NCBI RefSeq assembly: GCF_006345805.1 | Contig: NW_021833008.1 | Coordinates: 1-64,000 of the forward strand | Origin: Octopus sinensis | Taxonomy: Eukaryota | Direction of reading: 5' to 3' | DNA length: 64,000 nt | Part shown: positions 40,420 to 52,811 of the stretch, piece by piece | How positions within the stretch are numbered: position 1 is the stretch's first letter | How the letters are laid out: each line of letters begins with the position of its first letter | The notes under the pieces: model-generated | The model's database searches: none | What the model saw: the letters and a program-made list of their open reading frames with translations, nothing else | What the model was told of the DNA's origin: nothing | Translations under genes and position numbers: made by a program

Positions 40420-41170
40420 TAGTATTTTGCTGAATCAGCCATAAATTCATAACCTGCCAACAGATGGCAGTGCACAGTTTGTGTATAAAGTGAGAGCTAG
40501 CAATGGCCTTCACAAGGCAGAGTGCTGAGTGATATAGATGTGATTACTTCACAAGTTGTGAAATATGTTTTTTTGTAATCATGTGTATGCTGTAGTCTGC
40601 AATTTTGCCATGGACAATAACAAAGAGCCAATGGGATATTTTGTGTTAAACTTGGTAAGCCTGTTTCAGAGACATTGAGCATGCTTCTGCAAGCTTATGG
40701 TGATGATGCAAAGGGTTGTATACAATGTTTCTTGTGGTATGGGCACTTCAAAAGTAGAAGAACTTCCCTGGAAGATGATGAGTGATCTGGAAGATCTTCC
40801 ACAAGTGTCACCTCCAAAAAAGTGCTATTGTGCATTGATAATTTGTTCCCCAAGACCAGATGGTCAGTTGAGAGTTCTACCATGATGTTTTGAAGCATTT
40901 GATGGAGGACATTCAGTGGAAGTGACCATATCTGTGGAGCATGAAGAACTGGATTCTTTATGCCAACAATGCACACAGTCACTGAACTCTCCTCGCACAT
41001 GAGTTTCTCATAAAGCAATATGGTATCTCTTCTGCACCTGCCCTATTTGCCAGATTTAGCTCCAGATTCCCACCTCTTCCCCAAGATGAAAATGCAGCTC
41101 AAAGGTCGCTGTTTTAACACTGTTGTTGAGATTCAAAGTGAATCACAGAAAGTCCTCAACTCACAGAAAA
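40420..41170 (+). mobile_element. Internally deleted mariner, same family as 7996-9115
   Basis: FCVKLGKPVSETLSMLLQAYGDD; HLPYLPDLAPDSHLFPKMKMQLKGRCFNTVVEIQSESQKVL. Confidence 0.85.
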
Positions 41171-41469
41171 CTACTTACACACATACACACACACACACAT
41201 TCTCTTGTTTTATATGTATACATATTTCTTATTTGATGTATTTAATATATTTGATGTGTCCAATTTGTTTATCCCCATAATTGATTCTATACCTGCTTAA
41301 CCGGATCCCTCTTATAGCCTTTCTTTACATTGTGAAATGATCCCCTGTAAAGACATCAGAGTCTAAGTCTGAATCTTTTGAGCACTGTTAAGTGTTTTCT
41401 CTATGGAGAATATCTGGATCTCATCTGTGAACTATATAAATACACACACACACACATATATATATATAT

Positions 41470-43903
41470 ATGAGGAAACCAGGCTACTGGAGTTCTGTGA
41501 TGCATGTAAACTTTTAATCTGCAACGCTCACTTCAGGAAGCCAGACAACCACCTTATAACCTATCAATGAGGGGACTCTGCTAGCCAGATTGATTTCATC
41601 CTCACTAGACAACGGGACGCAGGGTTGCTCTTAAATACAAAGATCCTCCCAGGTGAAGAATGTACACCCCAGCATAGGCTAATCATTAGTGACTTTATGC
41701 TCAAGGCCAGAAGGATACCAAGAAGTAGACCAATCCAAAAAAGAAGGATTTGGAAGCTAAAGAACCCTTCACATGGTCAGAGATTTAGAGACATCCTCAT
41801 CAAGAAAGTTGAGGAGAGGGAGGAGGAGCTACAAACATCGGACATAGAAGGTAGCTGGAAATTCCTACAGGACAGCTTGCTGAGTGCTACAGACCAAGTG
41901 TGTGATTGGTGCAAGTCCATCTCATCAGAGGGTCATAGTCTATCTCATCAGAGAGAGAGTCTGCTTAGATGAGTTGCAGTTCAGTTTTGTGCTGGGTAGA
42001 AGCACCACTGATGCTATATTCCTGGTTCGACAACTGCAGGAGAAATACCTAGCTAAAGATAAACCCCTATACTTAGCTTTTGTGGACTTGGAGAAAGCCT
42101 TTGACAGGGTGCCCCAATCCCTTATCTGGTGGGCGATGCGGAAACTGGAGATTGACGAATGGTTAATAAGGGCTGTATTAGGATTGTCAATGAGTATAGT
42201 GAAGAATTCTGGGTAAAAGTAGGGGTCCACCAAGGTTCAGCCCTCAGTCCCCTTTTAATCATCATAGTCCTTCAGGCAATAACAGAGGAATTCAAGACGG
42301 GTTGCCCCTGGGAGCTCCTCTATGCTGATGACCTGGCCCTCACAACAGAATCACTACCGGAACTAGAAAAGAAATTTTGTGTGTAGAAGCTAAGTTTGGA
42401 AACAAAAGGCCTTAGAATCAATGCAGCAAAGACCAAAGTTCTAGTAAGTAGGAAGGCGAACACATCATACACCGCCTCAGGTGGCCCTGCTTGATCTGTA
42501 GAAAAGGTGTAGGTAGAAACTCCATAAGATGTACCCAATGTAAGCTATGGACACATAAGAGGTGCAACAACATCAAAGGAAAATTTATCGAGAAGATAGC
42601 TTTCGTGTGCAGCAGATGCACAGGCCAATAGACCCCACAGATACTTAGAAAACAGATTTGATCACACTCCAGGAGGAGAAACTAGAAGTAGTTGATAGTT
42701 TTCTGCTACCTAGGTGACCAAGTTAGTTGTGGGGGTGGATGCTCAGAGAGTATTACCACTAGAATAAGAATAGCCTGGCCAAAGTTTAGAAATCTTCTTC
42801 CCCTACTGGCGACAGAGGGTCTCTCGCTCAGAGTGAAAGGTAGATTATACGACGCATGTATGGGAACTGCAATGCTACATGGCAGTGAAACGTGGGCCGT
42901 GACTGCGGAGGATATGCGTAGGCTCGAAAGAAATGAAGCTACCATGATCCACTGGATGTGTAATGTCAGTGTGCATGCACGACAGTGTAAGTGCCCTGAG
43001 AGAAATGTTGAACATAAGAAGCATCGGATGTGGCATGCAGGAGAAGCATTTCTGTTGGTATGGTCATGTACTACAGATGGGTGCGGAGAGATGTGTGAGG
43101 AAGTGCCACCCCCAAACTGTTGAAGGAATCCAGGGTAGAGGTAGACCCAGGAAGACACGGGATGAGGTGGTCAAGCATGACCTTCGAACGTTGGGCCTCA
43201 CAGAGGCCATGACAATAGACCGAGACCTCTGGAGATATGCTGTGACTGAGAAGACCCGACAAATGAAGTGAGTTCATGGCTCACAGGATGGCCTGCTGTG
43301 CTTGAGGAGACCTATTGAGTCAAATACATCAACATCAAAATAAAAAATCAAATGGATATTGTAGTTGTGATACCCATGGCGGTGGCATGTTGGGCCTCAC
43401 AGAGGCAATGACGAAAGACCGCGACCCCTGAGATATGCTGTGACTGCGAAAACCCAACAAATAAAGGTAGTTTATGGTTCGCAGGATGGCCTACTATGCT
43501 TACCTTGTGCTTGAGGAGACCTATTGAGTTAAGTACATCTACATCAAAATAAAAATCAATGGAAATTGTAGAAGTGATACCTGTACTAGTAGCATGTAAA
43601 AAGCACCATCCGAACGTGGCCGATGCCAGCGCCGCCTTGACTGGCGTCCGTGCTGGTGACACGTAAAAAGCACCAACCAATCATGGCAGTCTACCGTCCT
43701 CCCCTGGTCTCTATGCCAGTGGCATGTAAAAAGCACCCACTACACTCACTGAGTGGTTGGCGTTAGGAAGAGCATCCAGCTGTAGAAACACTGCCAGATG
43801 AGACTGGAGCCAGATGCAGCCTCCTGGCTTCCCAGACCCCAGTTGAACCCTCCGACCCATGCTAGCATGGAAATTGGATGTTAAACGATGATGATGATGT
43901 ATG
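41470..43903 (+). mobile_element. RTE LINE with a large internal deletion and chimeric/duplicated 3' end
   Basis: APE (QIDFIL, PGEECTPQHRL) jumps at ~41925 to RT (ERVI...LIRER); ORF end duplicated at 43191 and 43390; (GAT)n tail at 43887-43899. Confidence 0.9.
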
Positions 43904-44399
43904 TATATCCATGTAACTCCTCTGCAACAAGACATGGCATATCCATGTAATTCCTACAACAGTAATACACCTATATCTGTCCCCTCTGTACTTTAAATCT
44001 CACAACTGCTACAAAGCTACACTCTCCCAGTTGGTAGGGTATTTTGTGTTGCAAGGTACTTGTTGACCCTGTTAATGCTGTTGCCATGTAAAAAGCACTG
44101 GTGCTGGTGCCACATAAAATCACCAATACAATCTGTAAAGTGGTTGGCATCAGAAAAGCCATCAAGCTGCAGAAACCATACCAAAACAGACAGTGAACAT
44201 TGTTGTGGCTTCTAGCTTTGTCAGTTCCTGTCAAACTTTCCAACATATGCCAGCATGGAAAACAGATGTTATTATGATGATGATGATGATGATATACTTA
44301 GATGTACATAAATATAAACATACACCACAGTAATTATCTTCTCTTTCTCTTATAAGCAAGGTTTTGTGTCATTCTGGATTGACTTCCCAGCAACATTGC

Positions 44400-44665
44400 T
44401 GAGAAGCTTCTTCTGGAGTCTCAGTATAGTTTCAGAAGTGGCAGAGTGATATTGGATAGGATTTTTGTTTTGCATCCTGTCAGGCAACTTCAAGAGAAAT
44501 GCATTGAACAGAAGCTGGACTTGTATGAAGTCTCTGTTGATCTGAAGAAGACTTTTGATCCTGTAAATAGAAGTGCTTTATGGAATGTTCTGAATCTTCA
44601 GTGTCCTGTTAAGTGTGTTCCTCTGCTTAGATGTTTTCATGATAGAATTGAGAGTATGTGTTGAA
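44400..44665 (+). mobile_element. BovB-like RTE RT fragment
   Basis: DRIFVLHPVRQLQEKCIEQKLDLYEVSVDLKKTFDPVNRSALW. Confidence 0.75.
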
Positions 44666-44686
44666 ATGGTGTTAAACAAAGCCATA

Positions 44687-45100
44687 TATCTCTATATATA
44701 AAACTGAAATGTTTTTGGACCGCTTGGATCGCTTTCAAGGCCACTACAACCCATCGGATTGACACCAAAATTTACAGGGACATGTAAAATGAGGTGACGA
44801 TGCCCGTGGGCTACCTTAGAAATCCCTATATGAAAAGGTGTCGTTGCTAGGGCCAAAAATCCACTTTGACAAGTCCACTCCCATTCTTTTACATATCTGT
44901 CTTCCTCACTCACGCTATTTCCTCCATTCCCCTCTAACTCCCCTTCAGTTTCCCTTTATAAGTTCGTCAAACGGCGTTCTTTATCTCACTGTCTGCATTC
45001 ATAGAGAGAATTATCATTGCCACCAACAACACACAATCATGAGAACAAATATTATGAATCAGATATTCCTTGCGTTCATTTATATATGTGTGTTCTATAT
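44687..45100 (+). mobile_element. Non-autonomous Helitron 5' portion
   Basis: Starts TCTCTATATATAAAACTGAAATG, resembling the 5' end at 46623; no 3' terminus seen. Confidence 0.55.
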
Positions 45101-45358
45101 ATAAATATGTATATATAATGTATATATACAAAGTGTATATATCTGTATTTATGTATATTAAACTTTTTAATACTTTTTCATAGTTATATTTATTTTTAAA
45201 CAAATTATAAATATAATTTAATAATTTTTATTGTAAATTTAAATAATTTAAATTTTTCAATTTTATATTTTATATATTTTCTATATTATATTTTTATTTT
45301 TATGTTTTTGGTTTTTCAGTTTCATTTGCCTATTAGTGGTTTTATCTCTAATTTAATG

Positions 45359-45390
<32 letters not shown>

Positions 45391-46259
45391 TTGTATATAT
45401 AATGCGTGCACACACACACACACACATATATACATATATATATATAATGTGTGCATTATGTGGTCGGTCGATTCAGCTGAAAATATGCACACCTATGTTA
45501 AAAGTGCTGGCAAGTTTGCATGACAACTATTTTTTTCCTCAAATGAAAGGCGTGACCTCTAGGACAAAATTCCTCATCTTATAAATTGTGGCCCCAGTAG
45601 ACCCGAATGAAATCGGGTTATATTAACCAAAATGTGAAAAGGGGTTTAAATGGGGCTGGAAGGGGATTAAAATTTAAAGGAGCGGGTGTTTAGCAATTCT
45701 CTGTTACATCAAGCTAAAAAATTTGCGCCAGCCTTTTAATCGTCAATGTGTTGCCGTCCATGATGAAGAAGTTTTGAATGCTTGCCATCGTGAGTCTACT
45801 GTCGTGAGAAAGAATCACTTCAAAACTTGGTGTTTATGAATTTTCTTTTACATCAAGTTCAAAATTTTACGCCAGCCGTTAAACTGTCAATACATTGCTG
45901 TCCATCGTTAAGAAATGCCAGCCATGGTGACTCTACTATCCTCAGATTCTATCCCTTCAAACTTTGGTTTCCAATATTTTATTATTTTTATTCAGCTAGC
46001 AAGTTCGTCTGTCCTTTTTAAATGTTAGCGTTTTGCTGTCTGCCTTGAAGCAGACCTTTCCGTTGCCACTGCCTGATATTTATGATTGATCTTTCTAAAT
46101 ATTTTATTTCTCAACTTACTCAAGATCTTTTGTTGTTTATAAATGGGAGAGAGATAGATAAAGATAGAGAGTAAGAGAAAGCGAGGGAGAGTCCGAGAGA
46201 AGGGAAGAGTAAGAGAGTGGGGAAAGTGAGAGAGAAAGGAGAGAGAAACAAAGAGGGAG

Positions 46260-46550
46260 AATCATCATCATCATCATCATCATCATCGTTTAACGTCCAT
46301 TTTCTGTGCTAGCACGGGTTGGACAGTTTGACTGGGGTCTGGAAAGCCAGGAGGCTGCACCAGGCTCCAGTCTGATCTGGCAGTGTTTCTACAGGTGGAT
46401 GACCTTCCTAACGCCAACCACTCTGTGAGTGTAGTGGGTGCTTTTTTCGTGCCGCCGGCACTGGTTCCAGGGGGGCTCGCAGCGGCAACGATCGGTTGGT
46501 GCCAGTCAAGGTGGCGCTGCAATCGGCCACGTTCGGATGGTGCTTTTTAT
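46260..46550 (-). mobile_element. Solo RTE 3' UTR fragment
   Basis: (CAT)n-cgtttaacgtcc...ttctacaggtggatgaccttcctaacgccaaccactc, matching the 3' end of the RTE family. Confidence 0.85.
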
Positions 46551-46559
46551 GTGCTGAAA

Positions 46560-46920
46560 GGAAGCAACAGAAAGTAACAACCACACTCTTACCCGCGCGT
46601 AGACCGGGTCACCTTCAGCTAGTCTATATATATAAAACTGAGAATGTATGTCTGTCTGTCTGTGTGAATCACTAAAACTTGAGAACTACACGACCAATTT
46701 CATTCAATTTTATACATGCGTTACTTGGGGTCCATGTAGTGTCATGGGCAAAAAAAAGTTTTTAAGTTCATGCCTAGGGCGAGCCCACAGCAATATCATA
46801 TCTTCTCCACTATTTCAGTATTACGTGTTAAAAGTGAAACAAAAACATCTCTATTGTAATGTCAGATGCTTTCAGTTTAATATTGAAACTATTAAAGTGA
46901 AACTATTATATAACTTGACA
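46560..46920 (+). mobile_element. Helitron 3' terminus fused directly to a Helitron 5' terminus (CTAG|TC)
   Basis: Hairpin acccg...cgggt (46591-46609), CTAG at 46619-46622, then TCTATATATATAAAACTGAG from 46623. Confidence 0.75.
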
Positions 46921-47898
46921 GAGTGTACTTTGAGAGAAAAGTTGGACCTAAGAAGCATCAGTTGTGGTGTGCAAGAGAGAGGTTTGCGCTGGTATGGTCA
47001 TGTGATGAGAATGGATGAAGGTAGTTGTGTGAAAAAGTGCCACACCCTAGCAGTTGAGGGAACCTGTGGAAGAGGTAGACCCAGGAAAACCTGGGACGAG
47101 GTGGTGAAGCACGACCTTTGAACTTTAGGTCTCACCGAGGAAATGACTAGAGACCGAGACCATTGGAATTATGCTGTGCGTGAAAAGACCCGGCAGGATA
47201 AGTGAGGCCATAATCCCGTGGCCTCTACCTAGGATGTAGCCAGCCCACTTATGCGTTCCTTTCCTTCTTGGGACACAAAACTCCACTTGTGAAGACCTGT
47301 TGAGGCAAGTGAAAATCAAAATTGTAATCTATCAACATCAGTGGAATTTGTAGCTGTGATACCAGTGCCGGTGGCACGTAAGAGAACAATCGGAACGTGG
47401 CTGTAGCCAGTGCCGCCCTGAATGGCTTCCGTGCCAGTGGCATGTAAAAAGCACCATCTGATCGTGGCTGTTTGCCAGCCTCGTCTGGCACCTGTACCGG
47501 TGGCTTGTAAAAAGCACCCACTACACTCACGGAGTGGTTGGCGTTAGGAAGGGCATCCAGCTGTAGAAACACTGCCAGATGAGACTGGAGCCAGATGCAG
47601 CCTCCTGGCTTCCCAGACCCCAGTTGAACCCTCCGACCCACGCTAGCATGGAAATTGGATGTTAAACGATGATGATGATGTATGGCAGTCTACCGTCCTC
47701 CCCTGGTCTCTATGCCAGTGGCATGAAAAAAGCACCCACTACACTCACTGAGTGGTTGGCGTTAGGAAGGGCATCCAGCTGTAGAAACACTGCCAGATCA
47801 GACTGGGCCTGGTGCAGCCTTCTGGCTTCCCAGACCCCAGTTGAACCGTCCAACCCATGCTAACATGGAAAGCGGACGTTAAACGATGATGATGATGA
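46920..47898 (+). mobile_element. RTE 3' fragment with a doubled 3' terminus
   Basis: TLREKLDLRSISCGVQERGLRWYGHV...[13 protein letters not shown]; two (GAT)n tails at ~47668 and ~47885. Confidence 0.92.
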
Positions 47899-48030
47899 CG
47901 AACCATTAAGAGTGGACATCTATTTTGCTAGAAGATCCGCTATGGTCTTATATGCTACACCGCTGGTTTTCAATTCATATTAATCAAATTAATATTCAAT
48001 TTTTCACCCTTATTATTTTAAATTCAAATT

Positions 48031-48064
<34 letters not shown>

Positions 48065-48142
48065 GATGTATACATATAGATGTATATATATAGATGTATA
48101 TATATAGATGTGTATATATAGATGTGTATGTATATGGCTGTA

Positions 48143-48186
<44 letters not shown>

Positions 48187-48187
48187 A

Positions 48188-50161
48188 GTGTATCAGACTG
48201 CCAGAAGGGAAGCTAGGAGACAGGTCTATCTAGCCAGAGGGGAAGCAGATAAAAGAAAATTTGCCAATGTCCTGCGCCGTGAGGATGAAAGACTTGAGGT
48301 ATTTCGTGTTGCAAGACAGTGTGTGAGAGAGAATCGAGATGTGGTAGGAGAGAAATGTGTTCGCATGGAGGATGGTTCACTTGCGCTAAATGAGGATGCA
48401 AAGAGAGAAGCTTGGAGACGCCACTATGAAAGGTTGCTGAATGAGGAAAATGAATGGGATAAAGAGAGTCTGCCGAATGTTGACCCAACAGAGGGACCAG
48501 CTATCCGAGTTGATAGTTCCGTGGTAGCTAAGGCAATTAGAAGCATGAAGACAGGGAAAGCCCCAGGCCCATCAGGAATTACTGCAGAGATGCTCAAAAT
48601 ATCTGGTAGTGTCGGCTATAGCATAGTCACCCGTATAGTTAACCAGGTGATACACGAAGGAGTCATACCCAATGACTGGTGTAGCAGCATAATAGTCAAC
48701 TGCTACAAAGGTAAAGGCGACGCCCTAGATACAAATAACTACAGGGGCATCAAGCTGTTGGATCAGGTAATGAAGGTTACGGAGAGGGTTATAGCCCAGT
48801 TAATTAGAGAGAGAGTTAGCTTAGATGATATGCAGTTTGGGTTCGTGCCAGGGAAAAGTACTACTGATGCTATATTCCTGGTAAGACAGCTGCAGGAGAA
48901 ATACCTAGCCAAAGGTAAGCCCTTGTACCTGGCTTTTGTTGACTTAGAGAAAGCCTTTGACAGGGTCCCCCGATCCCTTATCTGGTGGTCAATGAGGAAA
49001 CTAGGGATAGATGAATGGTTAGTGAGAGCTGTGCGAGCCATGTACAGAGACACAGCTAGTAAGGTGAGGGTTGGCAACGAGTACAGTGAAGAATTCCGGG
49101 TAGAGGTTGGGGTCCACCAAGGTTCAGTCCTCAGCCCCCTCCTATTTATCATAGTCCTCCAGGCAATAATGGAAGAATTTAAGACAGGATGCCCCTGGGA
49201 GCTCCTATATGCTGATGACCTTGCTCTAATTGCTGAGTCACTATCAGAACTGGAGGAGAAATTTCAGGTGTGGAAACAAGGATTAGAATCGAAGGGCCTT
49301 AGAATCAACCTAGCCAAAACCAAAGTCCTAATAAGTAGGAAGGTGGACCAACCACAAACGACTTCAGGTAGATGGCCCTGCTCGATCTGTAAAAAAGGTG
49401 TAGGTAGAAACTCTATAAGGTGCACCAAATGTAAGCTATGGACACATAAGAGGTGCAGCAATGTCAAAGTAAGGCTAACTAAGAAAATAGTTTTTGTCTG
49501 TGGCAGATGCTCAGGAGAAATAAACACTGGAAATGTGCAGAGACCAACTTCTACCACGTTCCAGGGAGACAAACTAGAAGTAGTTGATAGCTTCCGCTAC
49601 CTAGGAGACCAAGTCAGTAGCGGGGGTGGGTGTGCTGAAAGTGTAACTGCTAGAGTAAGAATAGCCTGGGCAAAGTTTAGAGAGCTCTTACCCCTGCTGG
49701 TGACAAAAGGCCTCTCGCTAAGAGTAAAAGGCAGACTATATGATGCGTGTGTACGTACAGCTATGCTACATGGTAGTGAAACATGGGCCGTGACAGCTGA
49801 GGATATGCGTAAGCTTGCAAGAAATGAAGCCAGTATGCTCCGATGGATGTGTAATGTCAGCGTTCATAATCGTCAGAGTGTAAGTACTTTGAGAGAAAAG
49901 TTGAACCTAAGAAGTGTCAGTTGTGGTGTGCAAGAGAGACGGCTGCGCTGGTATGGTCATGTGACGAGAATGGCTGAAGATAGTTGTGTGCAAAAGTGCT
50001 ACACCCTAGCAGTTGAGGGAACCTGTGGAAGAGGTAGACCCAGGAAAACCTGGGACGAGGTGGTGAAGCACGACCTTCGAACTTTAGGTCTCACCAAGGA
50101 AATGACTGAAGACCGAGTCCTATGGAAGTGTGCTGTGCATGAGAGGACCCGGCAGGACTAG
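48188..50161 (+). CDS. RTE ORF (5'-truncated): uninterrupted 657-codon RT region with an inserted PHD-like finger
   Basis: No stops or frameshifts; [39 protein letters not shown]; CSIC...CTKC...HKRC...CGRC. Confidence 0.95.
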   Translation: MYQTARREARRQVYLARGEADKRKFANVLRREDERLEVFRVARQCVRENRDVVGEKCVRMEDGSLALNEDAKREAWRRHYERLLNEENEWDKESLPNVDPTEGPAIRVDSSVVAKAIRSMKTGKAPGPSGITAEMLKISGSVGYSIVTRIVNQVIHEGVIPNDWCSSIIVNCYKGKGDALDTNNYRGIKLLDQVMKVTERVIAQLIRERVSLDDMQFGFVPGKSTTDAIFLVRQLQEKYLAKGKPLYLAFVDLEKAFDRVPRSLIWWSMRKLGIDEWLVRAVRAMYRDTASKVRVGNEYSEEFRVEVGVHQGSVLSPLLFIIVLQAIMEEFKTGCPWELLYADDLALIAESLSELEEKFQVWKQGLESKGLRINLAKTKVLISRKVDQPQTTSGRWPCSICKKGVGRNSIRCTKCKLWTHKRCSNVKVRLTKKIVFVCGRCSGEINTGNVQRPTSTTFQGDKLEVVDSFRYLGDQVSSGGGCAESVTARVRIAWAKFRELLPLLVTKGLSLRVKGRLYDACVRTAMLHGSETWAVTAEDMRKLARNEASMLRWMCNVSVHNRQSVSTLREKLNLRSVSCGVQERRLRWYGHVTRMAEDSCVQKCYTLAVEGTCGRGRPRKTWDEVVKHDLRTLGLTKEMTEDRVLWKCAVHERTRQD

Positions 50162-52560
50162 TCAGGCCATATCCCGTGGCCCCTACCTGGGACGTAGTCG
50201 ATCCACCTGTGCATACCTTCCTTCTTGTGACACTTGTGAAGACCTGCTGAGGCAAGTGAAAATCAATCAAAATAGATGAACATCAATGGAATTTGTATCT
50301 TTGTGGTACCAGTGCCTGTGGCACACAAGAAAACCATCCGAACGTGGCCGTAGCCAGTACCGCATCGACTGGCCTCCGTGCTGTGGGAACATGGTGGCAC
50401 ATAAAAACACCATCCGAAGACCCGGCAAGACTAGTCAGGTCATAACCCGTGGGCCCTACCTGGGACGTAGTCAGTCCACCTGTACATACCTTCCTTCTTG
50501 TGACACTTGTGAAGACCTGCTGAGGCAAGTGAAAATCAAATCAAATCAAAACAAATCAAAATAGATGAACATCAATGGAATTTGTATCCTTGTGGTACCA
50601 GCGCCGGTGGCACACAAGAATCCATCCGAACGTGGCCGTAGTCAGTACCACTTGTGGTACCAGTGCCGTGGCACACAAGAATCCATCCGAACGTGGCCGT
50701 AGTCAGTACCGCATCACTCGCCATCGTGCTGTGGGCACATAACAAACACCATCCGGTCGTGGCCGTTCACCAGCCTCATCTAGCACCTGTGTCGGTGGCA
50801 CATAAAAAGTAGTCAGTACCGCTTGTGGTACCAGTGCCGGTGGCACACAAGAATCCATCCGAACATGGCCGTAGTCAGTACCGCATCACTGGCCATCATG
50901 CTGTGGGCACATAACAAACACCATCCGGTCGTGGCCGTTCGCCAGCCTCATCTAGCACCTGTGTCGGTGGCACATAAAAACACCTTCCGAAGACCCGGCA
51001 AGACTAGTCAGGCCATAAACCATGGTCCCTACCTGGGACGTAGTCAGTCCACCTGTGCATACCTTCCTCCTTGTGATACTTGTGAAGGCCTGTTGAGGCA
51101 AGTGAAAATCAAAATCAAATCAAAATCAAAACAAATCAAAATAGATGAACATCAATGGAATTTGTATCTTTGTGGTACCAGTGCCGGTGGCACACAAGAG
51201 AAGACCATCCGAAAGTGGCCGTAGCCAGTACCGCATCGACTGGCCTCCGTGCTGTGGGCACATGACAAACACCATCCGATCGTGGCCGTTCGCCAGCCTC
51301 ATCTAGCACCTGTGTCGGTGGCACATAAAAACACCATCCGAAGACCCGGCAAGACTAGTCAGGCCATAACCCATGGCCCCTACCTGGGACGTAGTCAGTC
51401 CACCTGTGCATACCTTCCTTCTTGTGACACTTGTGAAGACCTGTTGAGGCAAGTGAAAATCAAATCAAAACAAATCAAAATAGATGAACATCAATGGAAT
51501 CTGTATCTTTGTGGTACCAGTGCCGGTGGCACACACTTTGTGGTACCAGTGCCGGTGGCACACAAGAGAACCATCCGAACGTAGCCAGTTCCACATCGAC
51601 CGGCCTCCGTGCTGTGGGCACGTAACAAACACCATCCGATCATGGCCGTTCGCCAGCCTCATCTAGCACCTGTGTCGGTGGCACATAAAAACACCTTCCG
51701 AAGACCCGGCAAGACTAGTCAGTCCACCTGTGCATATCTTCCTTCTTTTGACACTTGTGAAGACCGGTTGAGGCAAGTGAAAATCAAATCAAATCAAAAT
51801 AGACAAAATAGATGAACATCAATGGAATTTGTATCTTGTGGTACCAGTGCCTGTGGCACACAAGAAATCCATCAGTGCCGTAGTCAGTGCGGTGGGCACA
51901 TGACAAACACCATCCGATCGTGGCCGTTCGCCAGCCTCATCTAGCACCTGTGTCGGTGGCACATAAAAACACCATCCGAAGACCCGGCAAGACTAGTCAG
52001 GCCATAACCCATGGCCCCTACCTGGGACGTAGTCAGTCCACCTGTGCATACCTTCCTTCTTGTGACACTTGTGAAGACCTGTTGAGGCAAGTGAAAATCA
52101 AATCAAAACAAATCAAAATAGATGAACATCAATGGAATTTGTATCTTTGTGGTACCAGTGCCGGTGGCACGTGGCACATAAGAAAACCATCCGAACGTGG
52201 CCGTAGCCAGTACCGCCCGCATCGACTGGCCTCCATGCTGTGGGCACGTAACAAGCACCATCCGATCGAGGCCGTTTGCCAGCCTCATCTGGCACCTGTG
52301 TCGGTGGCACATAAAAAACACCATCCGAGCGTGGCCGTCTGCCAGCCTCGTCTGGCACCTGTGTCGGTGGCACATAAAAACACCATCCGAGCGTGGCCGT
52401 CTGCCAGCCTCGTCTGGCACCTGTGTCGGTGGCACATAAAAAACACCATCCGAGCGTGGCTGTCTGCCAGCCTCGTCTGGCACCTGTGTCGGTGGCACAT
52501 AAAAACACCATCCGAGCGTGGCCGTTTGCCAGCCTCGTCTGGCACCTGTGTCGGTGGCAT
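50147..52560 (+). repeat. Tandem array derived from the RTE 3' UTR (six ~270-570 bp units plus five 62-63 bp units)
   Basis: gacccggca(a/g)gactagtcag recurs at ~50146, 50419, 50993, 51343, 51704 and 51981; ccatccga(g/t)cg units at 52258, 52321, 52383, 52446 and 52508. Confidence 0.92.
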
Positions 52561-52770
52561 AAAATCACCCACTACACTCTCGGAGTGGTTGGCGTTAGGA
52601 AGGGCATCCAGCTGTAGAAACACTGCCAGATCTGACTGGACTGGTGCAGCTTTCGGGCTCCCCAGACCCCAGTTGAACCGTCCAACCCATGCTAGCATGG
52701 AAAGCGGACGTTAAATGATGATGATGATGATGATGATATATATATATATACATGTATATATATATATATT

Positions 52771-52810
<40 letters not shown>

Positions 52811-52811
<1 letters not shown>

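Larger units (their letters stand above)
48188..52737 (+). mobile_element. Youngest-looking RTE LINE in the window, with an expanded 3' UTR
   Basis: Intact ORF, 3' UTR of ~2.5 kb versus ~0.6 kb in sister copies, (GAT)n tail at ~52716-52737. Confidence 0.95.

Noticed and set aside
52250-52560. CRISPR-like look of palindromic repeats with intervening sequence (also at 2630-2910, 16250-16550 and 60000-60300)
   Set aside because: The apparent spacers are homologous to each other, the arrays are part of the RTE 3' UTR, there are no cas genes, and the context is eukaryotic.
50286-52714. Many 60-275 aa ORFs on both strands
   Set aside because: They are translations of the tandem UTR repeats with no domain signal.
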